From: Selaginella moellendorffii
Taxonomy: Eukaryota > Plantae > Lycopodiophyta
Direction: 5' to 3'
Assembly (NCBI RefSeq): GCF_000143415.4
Contig: NW_003314276.1
Location: 645,630 to 709,629 of the forward strand
DNA length: 64,000 nt
A program made the position numbers and the translations under genes. Below the pieces are notes generated by a model. It ran no database searches. It worked only from the letters and a program-made list of their open reading frames with translations, and had not been told where the DNA came from. Below, piece after piece: positions 1 to 11,365 of the stretch (within the stretch, counting starts at the first letter, position 1; every line of letters begins with the position of its first letter).

Positions 1-1285
1 ACATTCCTTTACAGGGTAATGTTCTTTGTATTTATAATTAAGAAACATGTTTATAATTTATAAACTTTCCTAAACATGTCTTAGTATATTCTAGTTTATT
101 TTACCATTTAATGGTTAATATTCAATAAGATCAATCTTGTTTTTATAAATTATAAACATGTTTATAATTATAAACTTTCATTTGATTAATTAGAACTATT
201 AAGTAAACCTGCAATGCACAGCAAATTAGTATTTATTTTACCATCTAATTTGATAAGATTAATTTTCAATTATAAATTGTAAAAATGTTTATAATTATTG
301 ATCAAATGGATTATTCAATAATACTAAACAGGAATGAATTGTTTCAAGTTTCTTGTCTTTTTCAATGATCTCCACCTTGCTCCATTTTAGAATGAGGTAG
401 AGGGCTATCTCTCTTTCCTTTACTTTGAAGCTCATGGTGAATAGCTTTCTTCTCTATAGCTAGAAAAAGTAATGAAGATCAAGTCATTAGTGTCTAAACC
501 CAGACACTGTTATTAGTGTTTGTAAGTCTTCATTCAAAAGTGGGATTAGGATTGTGACTATGACTTTTATCATCATGGTCCTAAAGCTCATTCTGTGTGG
601 GAGAGGACACACAAAATGTCATGGAAACAATACAGAATTTAGACAGTATTAAATGTCCAAACTTTTTGAAGGCTTTCCCTCTAGCTTGGGATGGAAAGGT
701 GGTGATGGTATATATGGACTTTTGAGCACTATTTGTAGGCTGACATTGAGAAATAAGTTACAAGCATAACACACATTTCGTTTTTGCAATGCTCATCTTA
801 GTTTGGTTTCGATTGATTGATCCCACCAATGAGTTTTTATTTTTTTTATTTATTTATTTCCTTTTCTTATCAGTTTCTGATGATAGAAACCGAAATGGCA
901 TTCCAGACCTTGCAACAAAATCTTTTAGAACAAACTTTAAGGCTAGTACATGCAAGAGTAATTACAAGCAATAGAAGAGAAATCAGGTCTTCAAACCATT
1001 TGAATCATAGTCTTTCATTAGATTGAGCATTTAAGATTCTCCTGGATATAAGATTGTAAAGAAAAATGTGAAATAAACTGATCTTGACTGGAAATCTTTG
1101 TTTGAGTTTTAAAGCATAATAATCTATTGCTCAAACGACTATTTTAGATATGATAATGTTTTAATTATCCATGTTGGATTATTTTTATAAAAAATATATA
1201 AAAAACCATTTGAAAGAAAACCAAGATATGAGTTTTTGAACAAAATTTACAAAGAAACATATAAATATAACCTTTGTGATTTTTT

Positions 1286-1600
1286 TGGTTTGCTTAAGCA
1301 AACCTATAGAGGGACTGGGATGGTAATGGATAAATCTAGAATATGCTTGAATATTCTAGAATATTCTACCATCTAATGGTTGTTATTCATTTAGATTAAT
1401 TTTGTATTTATAATTTATAAACATGTTTATAATTTATAAACTTTCTTAAACCCTTTCTAGTATATTCATTTTATTCTATCATCTAATGGTTGATATGTAG
1501 ATTAATCTTTTGTTTATAAATTACAAACATGCTTATAATTATAAACTTATTTGATTAATTAGATTAATAAGTAAGAATAACACTACTATTAAGCAAACCA
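1286..1600. repeat. AT-rich palindromic module, MITE-like (copies ~17601-17873, 29874-30188, 45919-46233; related pieces at 1-330, 8570-8810, 15900-16600)
   Basis: Ends tggtttgcttaa...ttaagcaaacca (12-bp inverted). Perfect 18-bp palindrome ggtttgcttaagcaaacc at 1287-1304. Recurrent aaacatgtttataatt(t)ataaac motif. Confidence 0.6.
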
Positions 1601-2327
1601 TACAATGTGTAGCAATTTATTTTAAGATTCAATTTCAAACTCATGTTATTGATGTGTTTATTTCAAGGGTTTATTACTAAGTTATTTTTGAATTAAGCTT
1701 TTATGAATGTTTTCTTCGTGTTTATAAAAGTGTTTATATTGCGCATTTTGATTACACGAGAAGAACTTAGATGCTTACTAGCAGCAGCTAGCAGCTCATA
1801 CAATACCTTGCCTAATGCATTGTAATCCAAAAAATGAAAATACCTCTAATGACTGTTGTAAATTCCAATCTAAGTTGTGTTTTCTTACAAAATCCCACCA
1901 GTGTTTCCGTTTGACACCTTTGTGTGAGCCCATTTGCCACAGCACCATGCTGCGTGCGTGTCCTTTTCGACCAGTTCTCCTCCCAGCTTTCAGGTAAAGT
2001 CTAAAGCAGAAGGATGACTATAGACGTGAGAAACTTACTTGATCAAGTGTTCTCTTGCACTGAAGTAGTAGGCTCCTCATTATCACTATAGGAAATTTTT
2101 TTCAATGATGCTTGACGGGACCTATAATTAAGCATCTATGGTTGGAATAAGTGGATTATGAACTCGACAAGTCATGTATCGCCACAAACGGTGCATGAAG
2201 GTCGCTAGAAACCAGTGGCTATTCAATTTTAAAATGGATCTGGGATTTCGTGGATGTTGTTTTGATTCTTGTGATACCAACAAGCGGCAGCAACTTCACA
2301 CAAGCAGAAACAACACTGCATCGCCCG

Positions 2328-3667
2328 CTAGACACCGATGTCGTGGTGAGCCAGGAGCTTGGTCATGGAAGATGTTTCTGTCATCTTATTGTGCTTGAGG
2401 AAGCGGGCCTTGAACTCATCATCATCAATGGGCGTTGCAGCCAGCCTTGCTGCAACCTGTTTTGGTGACAATCCGCGCTTGAGCAGGAAGCCCCGCCCCA
2501 ATCTTGACATCCTCGCCATGTAACAGCCGCGCCTCCCTGGCTCAAAATCCATTGGCGTCACGTAGGACACCGTCGACCCCGGGTCGCCGAGCATGCCCAA
2601 GTAGTTGCTCGCTTCAAGCTGCATCTGGAGGGAGGGAGGCTTGCCCTGCAGCTGCCGCACTACGAATTGCCTTGTCTATAAACCATGCATGAGCAACAAA
2701 AAAAATTTAAAAAAATCAGAACGCTGAAGGCTCACTCACATGATCCGCTATTCGGAAGAGGTTCGACAGGAAGCTGTGAATAGCCGAGCACAGCCGCGCG
2801 TCTAACACGGCCATGTAGACGTTCTCCATGTAAGGTAAGGGCACACAGTAATAAGAGAAGCAAGCCTTCCGCCGTCGCCCAGGCTCCAGCTCCACTGCAC
2901 TTACAGTCCCTGTTGTTTCATTTCTTTTTGTCAATATTTTCATCTGGCTGCGAGGGAAACTTCCATCGCTCGAGCGACTGCAGCGATGAGTTGCAGAGCG
3001 GGATATCATCAAGCAAGAAATCCAGCTTTGAGGACCTCACGTTTACAGCCTTTGGGAATTGAGCTTTATACCGTGCATATGGGTTTCTTTCCTCCAGGCC
3101 CTAAAGCAGCAAACTAAACTCGCATTACGTATTTCTTCACATACCACGCTTGCAGAGCTCCACCCTCCACGGAGAAGGCGAACTGTGCCTGAAGGCGGAG
3201 ATGACCCTCCGCAACTCGAGCGTGGCATCCACGGCTTCTCTCAAGCCCGGCGGCACGTCTGCAAGGTTATCCACTCCCTCCATAAGTTGGCCAACCCTGA
3301 AAAGGGACTGACGCCACGACCAAGTGCCCAGATTTCAGGTTCTTTCCAATGTGGAAGCTGTTTCCAAGAGCCATGGTTGCTCGAGAGCATTTTCCTGAGC
3401 GAAACCCAGGAAGTTCCGGAAGCTTGCGGAGATGGTGCACTCTTGCCGGGAGGCCCAATCCGTGGTTGCCAAGACCCTGGCGTGCGAGCTTTCACAACAT
3501 GCTGGCTCCACGATTTGGCGATTGGTTCCCTTCATACTGAAAAGTTTTTCTTCCAAGAATCTGGAAGCGAAGAGCCACGTCGATCTGATTGGAACTTCTT
3601 GCGGGATCCAATGTGTGAGCAGCAGCAGCACAGTGGCGATTGATGCGAGCGTCCACTCTGTTTCCAT
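2328..3667 (-). pseudogene. Unidentified multi-exon gene relic, copy 1
   Basis: GT-AG intron 2676-2739 joins ...LFRIADH to TRQFVVRQLQGK... in frame. Second short intron ~3101-3144. In-frame TGA at 3335-3337 plus frameshifts. Family not recognised. Confidence 0.6.
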
Positions 3668-3875
3668 TTCTCTTGGAAGTTGAAAAAAGAATGAAACTTT
3701 GCAGGCGGCCACATTGGTCTTCGCGAATCGCCGCTGCTCGTCTCAGTCTATGGCGAGGCCGAGGCCGCTGGATCGTTCTGTGCCCACTGCATTCATTTCT
3801 TCCAGTTCCTGGTGTGCGACGTGCTAAGATCAATGCCCGTTGGTTTGATGGCTCCCAGCTCTGAGCAAGGCGAGA

Positions 3876-4427
3876 GCTTCGATGCCACCCGCGTACCTGG
3901 TTGATCCTGAAGTCCCTTGAACCGTCAACCTTTGGCTCACCTGGAGAAAGATATAGGAATGTGTTACTTACCGGGAAAGAACAACCAAGCCATAGCCACG
4001 AAGACTACGAACAAAAGAAGCGAAGAACTGAGAGAACAAGGAACGAAAGCTACTCACCACATCGAGCGGGACGAAGATGAACTGCGAGACGACCGAGGGG
4101 AGAAAGCCCGCAGCTCCATTCGCGATGGCGGCGGCGGCGGTGTCTGGAAAGTTGAGCTTGGAAGTGAGGTTGAGCCGCCATCTGGGTCGCTTCGAGAGTT
4201 GTCAAGAACAGCACTCAACTGGAAACAGTGCCGGCAATCACGGTCCAAATCCCCGGTAGAGTCCTCTCACTCCATCCGTGCTAAGAATCGATCTGAGCTT
4301 TCATATTGCTCGCCTCATTCTCGTCTTGATCGGGTAGAGCGCCGCCGACAAGCCCGATATGTTCTCTCGAGATTCTACTCACTGTCACAGTTCGCACGAC
4401 ACCACCACTGGCGCCATCACGAGCCAT
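3876..4427 (-). pseudogene. Mitochondrial carrier (SLC25A44-like) 5' fragment, copy 1
   Basis: Manual translation across frameshifts: SGLSAALYPI-KTRM, ILSTDGVRGLYRGFG, VLFLTTLEAT, AAIANGAAGFLPSVVSQFIFVPLDV|VSQRLTVQG..RYAGGIEA. Carrier signature PLDVVSQRL is split by GT-AG intron 3941-4057. Confidence 0.85.
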
Positions 4428-4942
4428 GGTGACAGACAGGGCTTCAACGACGAGGTCCTGCCAGAAAAGATCACCCATTAACGGAGGAAAGTGGAGAGAA
4501 AGTTGGATCACATACTTGTGTTTCTTGTTTGCTCATTCCTGGCCTCCACGCTTGATCGAGAAAGCCAAATATATATGTCGATCCAGCTTAGGCACGCGGA
4601 GTGAAGATCCACCGATTGGCACACCGAAGATGCTACGTTTGTCGTGTCCCAACCTCGGACGATCATACCAGCCTCGAGAAAGGAGCAAAAGCAATACAGA
4701 CTGTTTATATACATCAATCAAAGCTGCTGCTAAACAAAACCTTGTTCGAATATCTCTAACCAGCCCTAGAAACTCAAAATAATAAAATAGTGTTTTCGCC
4801 CATTCCAGCCTTGACAATTGCTTGTTTCACCCATAAGGACGAAGAAATCACGAGAACAATCCAGATCGGCAAATGTAGACATGAGATTTGCGATCCTGTA
4901 CCTACACGCGACCCAAAGGAAAAGATGTTCACATTCAGGATC

Positions 4943-5492
4943 TTACAATCTGAAGCAATTGCTAATCAAGTTGGCACAGCCTTTTCCGCAACAAGAATGC
5001 TTCCCAACACTCCGCAGTCCGACGAGCTCAAACAATGCCGACTCCTTTGCGAGCCGGCGAGCAGCGCCATCCGGGAGCTCTCTCGGCTGGCTCAATCTCC
5101 ACAGATCCAGCATCGAGCAGTAGTGTCTGGGCTGAGGCTTGAATCCACAGTCGTTGCTCATCGAAACGAGAACTCGCGTCCCTTGCCTGCGTGGCTGCAA
5201 GCAACCAAAGGCACTCACATACGCAACTTGGTCGGGGATCATCTCACGAAAGTGGTCAATCGCTTGAAATCACCGACGTCCACGACACAACGTTCGATGG
5301 GAGAACGGCACCAGGATGGAGTTCCAGGAGACGATGTCCCTCTCGGGCATGAGAGCGAGGATCTCCCAGATGCCCTTGTTGGGCATTCCCGCAAGGAGCG
5401 AGTTCAGCTCCATAGCTCGCACTCGGGCTCTTGACGCCCGTGTTCCAGGTCACAAAGCTGGCGCGCGACAACGAGGCCCAAGATGCTGCCAA
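4943..5492 (-). pseudogene. PLS-class pentatricopeptide-repeat gene fragment
   Basis: Frameshifted PPR motifs: FVTWNT, NVVSWTSVIS, PDQVAYVSA, SMSNDCGFKPQPRHYCSMLDL. Confidence 0.85.
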
Positions 5493-5684
5493 GAGCCCGA
5501 GGTCTCCTCCATAAGCTGCTTCTTAGTTTTTAGTTTTAAGAAAATGGAGGCCTCGGGCTCTTGGCTGTGGGGGATCAGCCCAAGCCACACTACATGCCCC
5601 CTGCCACGAATAACACGAGGTGGCGGCTCGATCCACCGTGGCTTGGATCAACGGTAACCATTCTCTTGTGCATCAAATTTTAGG

Positions 5685-5967
5685 AGGTAAATAACGTTCA
5701 ACAGTCGTATCTCAAGTTCATGTCCTTTGCCTACAGATGAATGCTTACTTGAACAATGCCGAAGAAGTACGATTGAAAACTGTCTTCTGGACGGAAATGA
5801 ACAAAGGAGACCTTCAGGTAGGCAGCTCACGTTTGTCCTGCCAGCACATTTTAAAACTCACAGCAAAAGCTGCACAAGCTGCTGCTCTGTCTGCAATTTC
5901 GTCTGGAACTGGATCCGCCGCTGACATCTCTGCTGCTGCTGCCGCTGCTGTTGCGAGCTCCAAAAGG
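5685..5967 (+). pseudogene. BRF1: BRF1 (TFIIIB subunit) C-terminal TBP-binding exons, convergent with each lipase (also ~9261-9536, 12911-13447, 21910-22126, 25381-25662, 34273-34555, 37849-38125, 41419-41695)
   Basis: AG|MNAYLNNAEEVRLKTVFWTEMNKGDLQ|GT then AKAAQAAALS...AAAAAVASSKR. Matches the plant Brf1 pattern YLxNxEExxxKxxxWxEMNKEYL..AAKEAAA, and is homologous to the longer BRF1 relic at 50.7-51.5 kb. Confidence 0.8.
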
Positions 5968-6475
5968 ATTGTGCATTTCCACGAAACAACTCTTGTTTGT
6001 TCCTCACGCCATTGCACTAGGAAGTATTGAAATAAGGCTTGCAATACAAAGCAAATTCAAAACCAGAGCAAACAACACAGTCCGCAACTGCCAGATACTC
6101 CTGCTATCATCGAGGAATCGGCCAACCCCATGCATCCAAACATGGCTCACTACAGCTACATAATCGATCTCCTCAGCTGCACCGCACACCCTTGTGGCCA
6201 AGGAGCTCAAGAAGGGAAACAATGCAAGCAAATTGTTTGTGTCATGGAATAGCAAAATGTAAAGTAAGTTTTCAAATCAAGATATTTACAAGATTCGGTC
6301 CAATGAACTTCAAGGAGGCTTCTCGAACCAAAACTCTATAGGCCATTGCAAGCGTGCCACCTTTCAGATATACGTGCCAAACAGAGCTTGGTCCTACTGA
6401 TTAGCGTGAGGCCTCCGTAAAAGAATGAGTTTGTAAAAGTCCACCACCGTGATCGTGATGGAAGAAAGACGGGCT

Positions 6476-7801
6476 CTACTGCTTGGTGTCCTTAAACCAC
6501 CAGTTTGCTGGAACTCCAAGCTCTGCCTTGAGATAGTCCGATCTCTTGTTCACCAGCGCGATATCCCGGGTGCCTGAGACACTGAAGGGCTTGCTCGGCC
6601 CTTGGTAGCCATCAACCAGGTGAAGCAAGGCCTCCAAGTTGTGCAGATCGGTCAAGCCACCATCTTCCCTCAGAAACGGAGAGATGTCGCTGCTGAGCTC
6701 AAACTCGGTGCCAACATGGGTGTAGGCCCATGGGAACCTGTGGAAGATGAGCGAGATGATGTCACAGCTGTCCTCGTTGACAATCACCCCTGGAACTTTG
6801 GGCACCAGGTCTGCGCCATTGCGTGTCTGGAGGACTTTGAGCCCGAGCTCGAGGCACCTGTTCTTGAAACCCCGGTTCCCAACTCGGGGTGCCGAGAACG
6901 TGAAGACGGACACCGGGGTATTGCTCCCGGGCAGCCCAAGCTCTGTCACGTCGTAGGCGCTGAGGAGTGCAAGCGCGCCACCCAGGCTGTGGCCCGTGAA
7001 CGTCATACTCAGCTGCTCGCCCTGGTAGAGCCCGACCAATCGCTTGATCTCCGAGTGGAGCTGCTGCCTCGCGCTCATCCCGGCCTGATCGCCGGGGACT
7101 GGAGACGTGTAGATGCTGAGAAATCCCGTCTCCACTTTCACGCCTTTGGTGTTGTGATCCGTGGGGTCGAGCCCGGTGGGGCGGAGGAGATCCTTGAGGT
7201 TCTCGATCCACTCGAGCTGCGTCACCGTCCCGCGCCAGGCCACCACAATGTCGCGGCGTCCCAACCGTCGGATGGCCTCGTCCGACGTGGCAACCGCCAC
7301 GAAGCCCATCCAGTTGGTGTCCGACGTCCACGAGTCGTCGCCGGGTTGGGCGTTGGAATTGGAGCGCTTGAAGAAGCTGGGCAAGCCCAGCTGCGATGTT
7401 GCGTAGAGATAGGCCGTGATTTCGTATCCCGTGCTTGGGAGTCCCACGGATTGGAGGAGCTCCTCCTTGGAGAACTTTGTGTCTCCACAGAATTCCGAGC
7501 CCTCGCTGTATTCGAAGCCGTCGTAGCAAGCCTGCGCGAATTCGCCGTATCGGATGATCTCCCGCCGGAGCCGCTTGTCGATGGAGGCGTTGGCGGGCGG
7601 GAGGAGCGGACTCCAGTGGCATGCATCCCGCCAGCCTGGGGTCAGCACCAGCTGCGTCTCCTCCAGCTCCACAACGCGCGCGCCATGACCATCTCCTTCA
7701 GATCTCTCCAACGTTCTTCTCTTGAATGAGAATGACAATGAATCTCCTTCTCTCTCCAACGTCCTTCTCTTGAATGACAGTGACAATGAAACTCGTTCCA
7801 T
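6476..7801 (-). CDS. Phospholipase A1, DAD1-like/PLA1-Igamma-like class 3 lipase, copy 1 (441 aa)
   Basis: Motifs LRREIIRYGEFAQACYD, NWMGFVAV, LGRRDIVVAWRGT, GHSLGGALA (Ser), DLVPKVPG (Asp), HNLEALLHLVDGY (His). First ATG is at 7801 in context gagatcATGG; the ORF track starts at an upstream TTG. Confidence 0.95.
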   Translation of the reverse strand: MERVSLSLSFKRRTLEREGDSLSFSFKRRTLERSEGDGHGARVVELEETQLVLTPGWRDACHWSPLLPPANASIDKRLRREIIRYGEFAQACYDGFEYSEGSEFCGDTKFSKEELLQSVGLPSTGYEITAYLYATSQLGLPSFFKRSNSNAQPGDDSWTSDTNWMGFVAVATSDEAIRRLGRRDIVVAWRGTVTQLEWIENLKDLLRPTGLDPTDHNTKGVKVETGFLSIYTSPVPGDQAGMSARQQLHSEIKRLVGLYQGEQLSMTFTGHSLGGALALLSAYDVTELGLPGSNTPVSVFTFSAPRVGNRGFKNRCLELGLKVLQTRNGADLVPKVPGVIVNEDSCDIISLIFHRFPWAYTHVGTEFELSSDISPFLREDGGLTDLHNLEALLHLVDGYQGPSKPFSVSGTRDIALVNKRSDYLKAELGVPANWWFKDTKQ

Positions 7802-7979
7802 GATCTCGATGCTCGCTCTGATGGGCTTGGACAATTGTTGATACGCCTATCGATCGATCAGCTCGTCCTTGACGAGTATGGTGTCAATGAATCAGATGAT
7901 CGCTTCCTAAGGAACTTCTCCCCTTGTTGTTTCTCCCTTCGTGTAGATTGCTGGTGGAATGGTGAGATTGTGGCAGAGG

Positions 7980-7986
7980 ATTTATA
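7980..7986 (-). promoter_or_regulatory. Putative TATA box of the lipase (same position in all 8 copies)
   Basis: ctgcTATAAATcctc on the - strand, ~180 bp upstream of the ATG; no upstream ATG in the intervening leader of copy 1. Confidence 0.6.
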
Positions 7987-8369
7987 GCAGTATCGCTTTC
8001 GAAGTTTGCCACCGGGTCAAAAGCATATACGAAATTCTCGCGTTGATCTCTTCAATTTCTTCTCGAATGGGAAGCATAATAGTCAAAGTTCAAACCACCA
8101 GGGTCAACTATAGACAAGGAGGTATCGCGTCTTTGACCAGCAGACTTTCACTGAACTTTCACCTCTCATCCGTCCAGTAAAGCAACAAGTTGAGAGGTCG
8201 GGATCAGTGTTCTCCTCCTTTTCACCTGGTGATCAAAGGTTTAGATTGGAAGTCTTGACGCCAGGTTTCCTTGACGAATTGCCCAGAGTCTCGATCAAGG
8301 AAAGGCTCCCAAGAGTGGCGCCATCACACTCTGGGGCCACCACACTCTTGGAATCCCTGGCTGCTGCTG

Positions 8370-8555
8370 GCGATCGGGCACATGTGAACAATGAGATGGA
8401 CACAGATGGATCCGACCTGGCAGGAAGAATGGATGCAGGGGCAAAAAAAGTGGTGGGGAAGAGGATTGGCTTGGAACGGTGCAACGCGCAATGATCAAAA
8501 TCACGGTGAGGGTTTTGACTCAGCCTGGGCTTATGCCCATTTTAGAACCGCTACA
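8370..8555 (-). mobile_element. Related element remnant upstream of lipase promoters in short spacers (also ~12.0, 24.6, 37.1, 40.7 kb)
   Basis: gcccattttagaaccgctaca is the reverse complement of the 12925 terminus and is again followed by ACGT. Inner boundary uncertain. Confidence 0.6.
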
Positions 8556-8819
8556 ACGTTTCTAATATTTACTGGTTTGCTTAAAATGTAATTAGATATA
8601 CTTATTAATATTAATATTTAATTAGATTAATCTTGTATTTATAATAATTTATGGTTTGCTTAAGCAAAAGTGAAATATATTTAATTCTACCAAATAATTG
8701 TTATTCATTTAGATTAATCTTGCATTTATAATTTCCAAACATGTTTATAATTTATAACTTTCCTAAACTCTTTATAATTTATTTTTGGTGTGCTTAAGCA
8801 AACTTGTAGGGATATACCA

Positions 8820-9198
8820 CCACAGATCCAGCATCGAGCAGTAGTGTCTGGGCTGAGGCTTGAATCCACAGTCATTGCTCATCGAAACGAGAACTCGCGT
8901 CCCTTGCCTGCGTGGCTGCAAGCAACCAAAGCACTCACATACGCAACTTGGTCGGGGATCATCTCACGAAAGCGGTCAATCGCTTGCATCGGAATGACTA
9001 CATGCAGAGATCACTGATGTCCACGACACAACGTTCGATGGGAGAATGGTGCCAGGATGGAGTTCCAGGAAACGATGTTCCTCTCCCAGATGCCCTTGTT
9101 GGGCATTCCCCCAGCTCCATAGCTCGCACTCGGGCTCTTGACGCTGTGTTCCAGGTCACAAAGCTGGTGCACAACAACGAGGCCCAAGATGCTGCCAA
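8820..9198 (-). pseudogene. PLS-PPR fragment, short-spacer version (also 24940-25318, 37408-37786, 40978-41356)
   Basis: Truncated homolog of 5100-5492. Confidence 0.75.
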
Positions 9199-10039
9199 GA
9201 GCCCGAGGTCTCCTCCATAAGCTGCTTCTTAGTTTTTAGTTTTAAGAAAATGGAGGCCTCGTTCAACAGTCGTATCTCAAGTTCATGTATTTTGCCTACA
9301 GATGAATGCTTACTTGAACAATGCCGCAATTGAAAACTGTCTTCTGGACGGAAATGAACAAAGGAGACCTTCAGGTAGGCAGCTCACGTTTGTCCTGCCA
9401 GCACATTTTCAAACTCAAAGCAATAGCTGCAAGCAAAAGTTGCACAAGCTGCTGCTCTGTCTGCAATTTCGTCTGGAACTGGATCCGCCGCTGACATTTC
9501 TGCTGCTGCTGCAGCTGCTGTTGCGAGCTCCAAAAAGTTTGTGCATTTCCACGAAGCAACTCTTGTTTGTTCCTCACGCCATTGCACTAGGAAGTATTGA
9601 AATAAGGCTTGCAATACAAAGCAAATTCAAAACCAGAGCAAACAACACAGTCCGCAACTGCCAGATACTCCTGCTATCATCGAGGAATCGGCCAACCCCA
9701 TGCATCCAAACATCGCTCACTACAGCTACATCATCGATCTCCTCAGCTGCACCGCACACCCTTGTGGCCAAGGAGCTCAAGAAGGGAAACAATGCAAGCA
9801 AATTGTTTGTGTCATGGAATAGCAAAATGTAAAGTAAGTTTTCAAATCAAGATATTTACAAGATTCGGTCCAATGAACTTCAAGGAGGCTTCTCGAACCA
9901 AAACTCTATAGGCCATTGCAAGCGTGCCACCTTTCAGAAATACGTGCCAGCTTGGTCCTACCGATCAGCGTGAGGCCTCCGTAAAAGAATGACTTTGTAA
10001 AAGTCCACCACCGTGATCGTGATGGAAGAAAGACGGGCT

Positions 10040-11365
10040 CTACTGCTTGGTGTCCTTAAACCACCAGTTTGCTGGAACTCCAAGCTCTGCCTTGAGATAG
10101 TCCGATCTCTTGTTCACCAGTGCGATATCCCGGGTGCCCGAGACACTGAAGGGCTTGCTCGGCCCTTGGTAGCCATCAACCAGGTGAAGCAAGGCCTCCA
10201 AGTTGTGCAGATCGGTCAAGCCACCATCTTCCCTCAGAAACGGAGAGATGTCGCTGCTGAGCTCAAACTCGGTGCCAACATGGGTGTAGGCCCATGGGAA
10301 CCTGTGGAAGATGAGCGAGATGATATCACAGCTGTCCTCGTTGACAATCACCCCTGGAACTTTGGGCACCAGGTCTGCGGCATTGCGTGCCTGGAGGACT
10401 TTGAGCCCGAGCTCGAGGCACCTGTCCTTGAAACCCCGGTTCCCAACTCGGGGTGCCGAGAATGTGAAGACGGACAGCGGGGTATTGCTCCCGGGCAGCC
10501 CAAGCTCTGTCACGTCGTAGGCGCTGAGGAGTGCAAGCGCGCCACCCAGGCTGTGGCCCGTGAACGTCATACTCAGCTGCTCGCCCTGGTAGAGCCCGAC
10601 CAATCGCTTGATCTCCGAGTGGAGCTGCTGCCTCGCGCTCATCCCGGCCTGATCGCCGGGGACTGGAGACGTGTAGATGCTGAGAAATCCCGTCTCCACT
10701 TTCACGCCTTTGGTGTTGTGATCCGTGGGGTCGAGCCCGGTGGGGCGGAGGAGATCCTTGAGGTTCTCGATCCACTCGAGCTGCGTCACCGTCCCGCGCC
10801 AGGCCACCACAATGTCGCGGCGTCCCAACCGTCGGATGGCCTCGTCCGACGTGGCAACCGCCACGAAGCCCATCCAGTTGGTGTCCGACGTCCACGAGTC
10901 GTCGCCGGGTTGGGCGTTGGAATTGGAGCGCTTGAAGAAGCTGGGCAAGCCCAGCTGCGATGTTGCGTAGAGATAGGCCGTTATTTCGTATCCTGTGCTT
11001 GGGAGTCCCACGGATTGGAGGAGCTCCTCCTTGGAGAACTTTGTGTCTCCACAGAATTCCGAGCCCTCGCTGTATTCGAAGCCGTCGTAGCAAGCCTGGG
11101 CGAATTCGCCGTATCGGATGATCTCCCGCCGGAGCCGCTCGTCGATGGAGGCGTTGGCGGGCGGGAGGAGCGGACTCCAGTGGCATGCATCCCGCCAGCC
11201 TGAGCTCAGCGCCAACTGCGTCTCCTCCAGCTCCACAACGCGCGCGCCATGACCATCTCCTTCAGATCTCTCCAACGTTCTTCTCTTGAATGAGAATGAC
11301 AACGAATCTCCTTCTCTCTCCAACGTCCTTCTCTTGAATGACAGTGACAATGAAACTCGTTCCAT
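10040..11365 (-). CDS. PLA1/DAD1-like lipase, copy 2
   Basis: Intact ORF with all catalytic motifs; private changes TPLSV, FKDRC, LQARN. Confidence 0.94.
   Translation of the reverse strand: MERVSLSLSFKRRTLEREGDSLSFSFKRRTLERSEGDGHGARVVELEETQLALSSGWRDACHWSPLLPPANASIDERLRREIIRYGEFAQACYDGFEYSEGSEFCGDTKFSKEELLQSVGLPSTGYEITAYLYATSQLGLPSFFKRSNSNAQPGDDSWTSDTNWMGFVAVATSDEAIRRLGRRDIVVAWRGTVTQLEWIENLKDLLRPTGLDPTDHNTKGVKVETGFLSIYTSPVPGDQAGMSARQQLHSEIKRLVGLYQGEQLSMTFTGHSLGGALALLSAYDVTELGLPGSNTPLSVFTFSAPRVGNRGFKDRCLELGLKVLQARNAADLVPKVPGVIVNEDSCDIISLIFHRFPWAYTHVGTEFELSSDISPFLREDGGLTDLHNLEALLHLVDGYQGPSKPFSVSGTRDIALVNKRSDYLKAELGVPANWWFKDTKQ

Noticed and set aside
873-900. CTGATGA...GAAAC hammerhead-like core (CTGATGA also at ~61296)
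   Set aside because: No valid stems I-III; the first is a simple gtttct/agaaac hairpin and the second lacks GAAA.
380-1000. Series of short AG/GT-bounded pseudo-exons on the + strand
   Set aside because: Could not be assembled into a recognisable protein; too degraded to call.
6602-7729. 345-396 aa + strand ORFs antisense to every lipase (and 286-aa alternate-frame ORFs)
   Set aside because: Non-ATG starts and no recognisable motif. Long antisense frames are expected opposite GC3-rich genes, and their recurrence only reflects duplication.
7802-7834. MSKPIRASIEI N-terminal extension in the ORF track
   Set aside because: TTG start; shortened in copy 2 and absent in copy 8, so it is 5' UTR.
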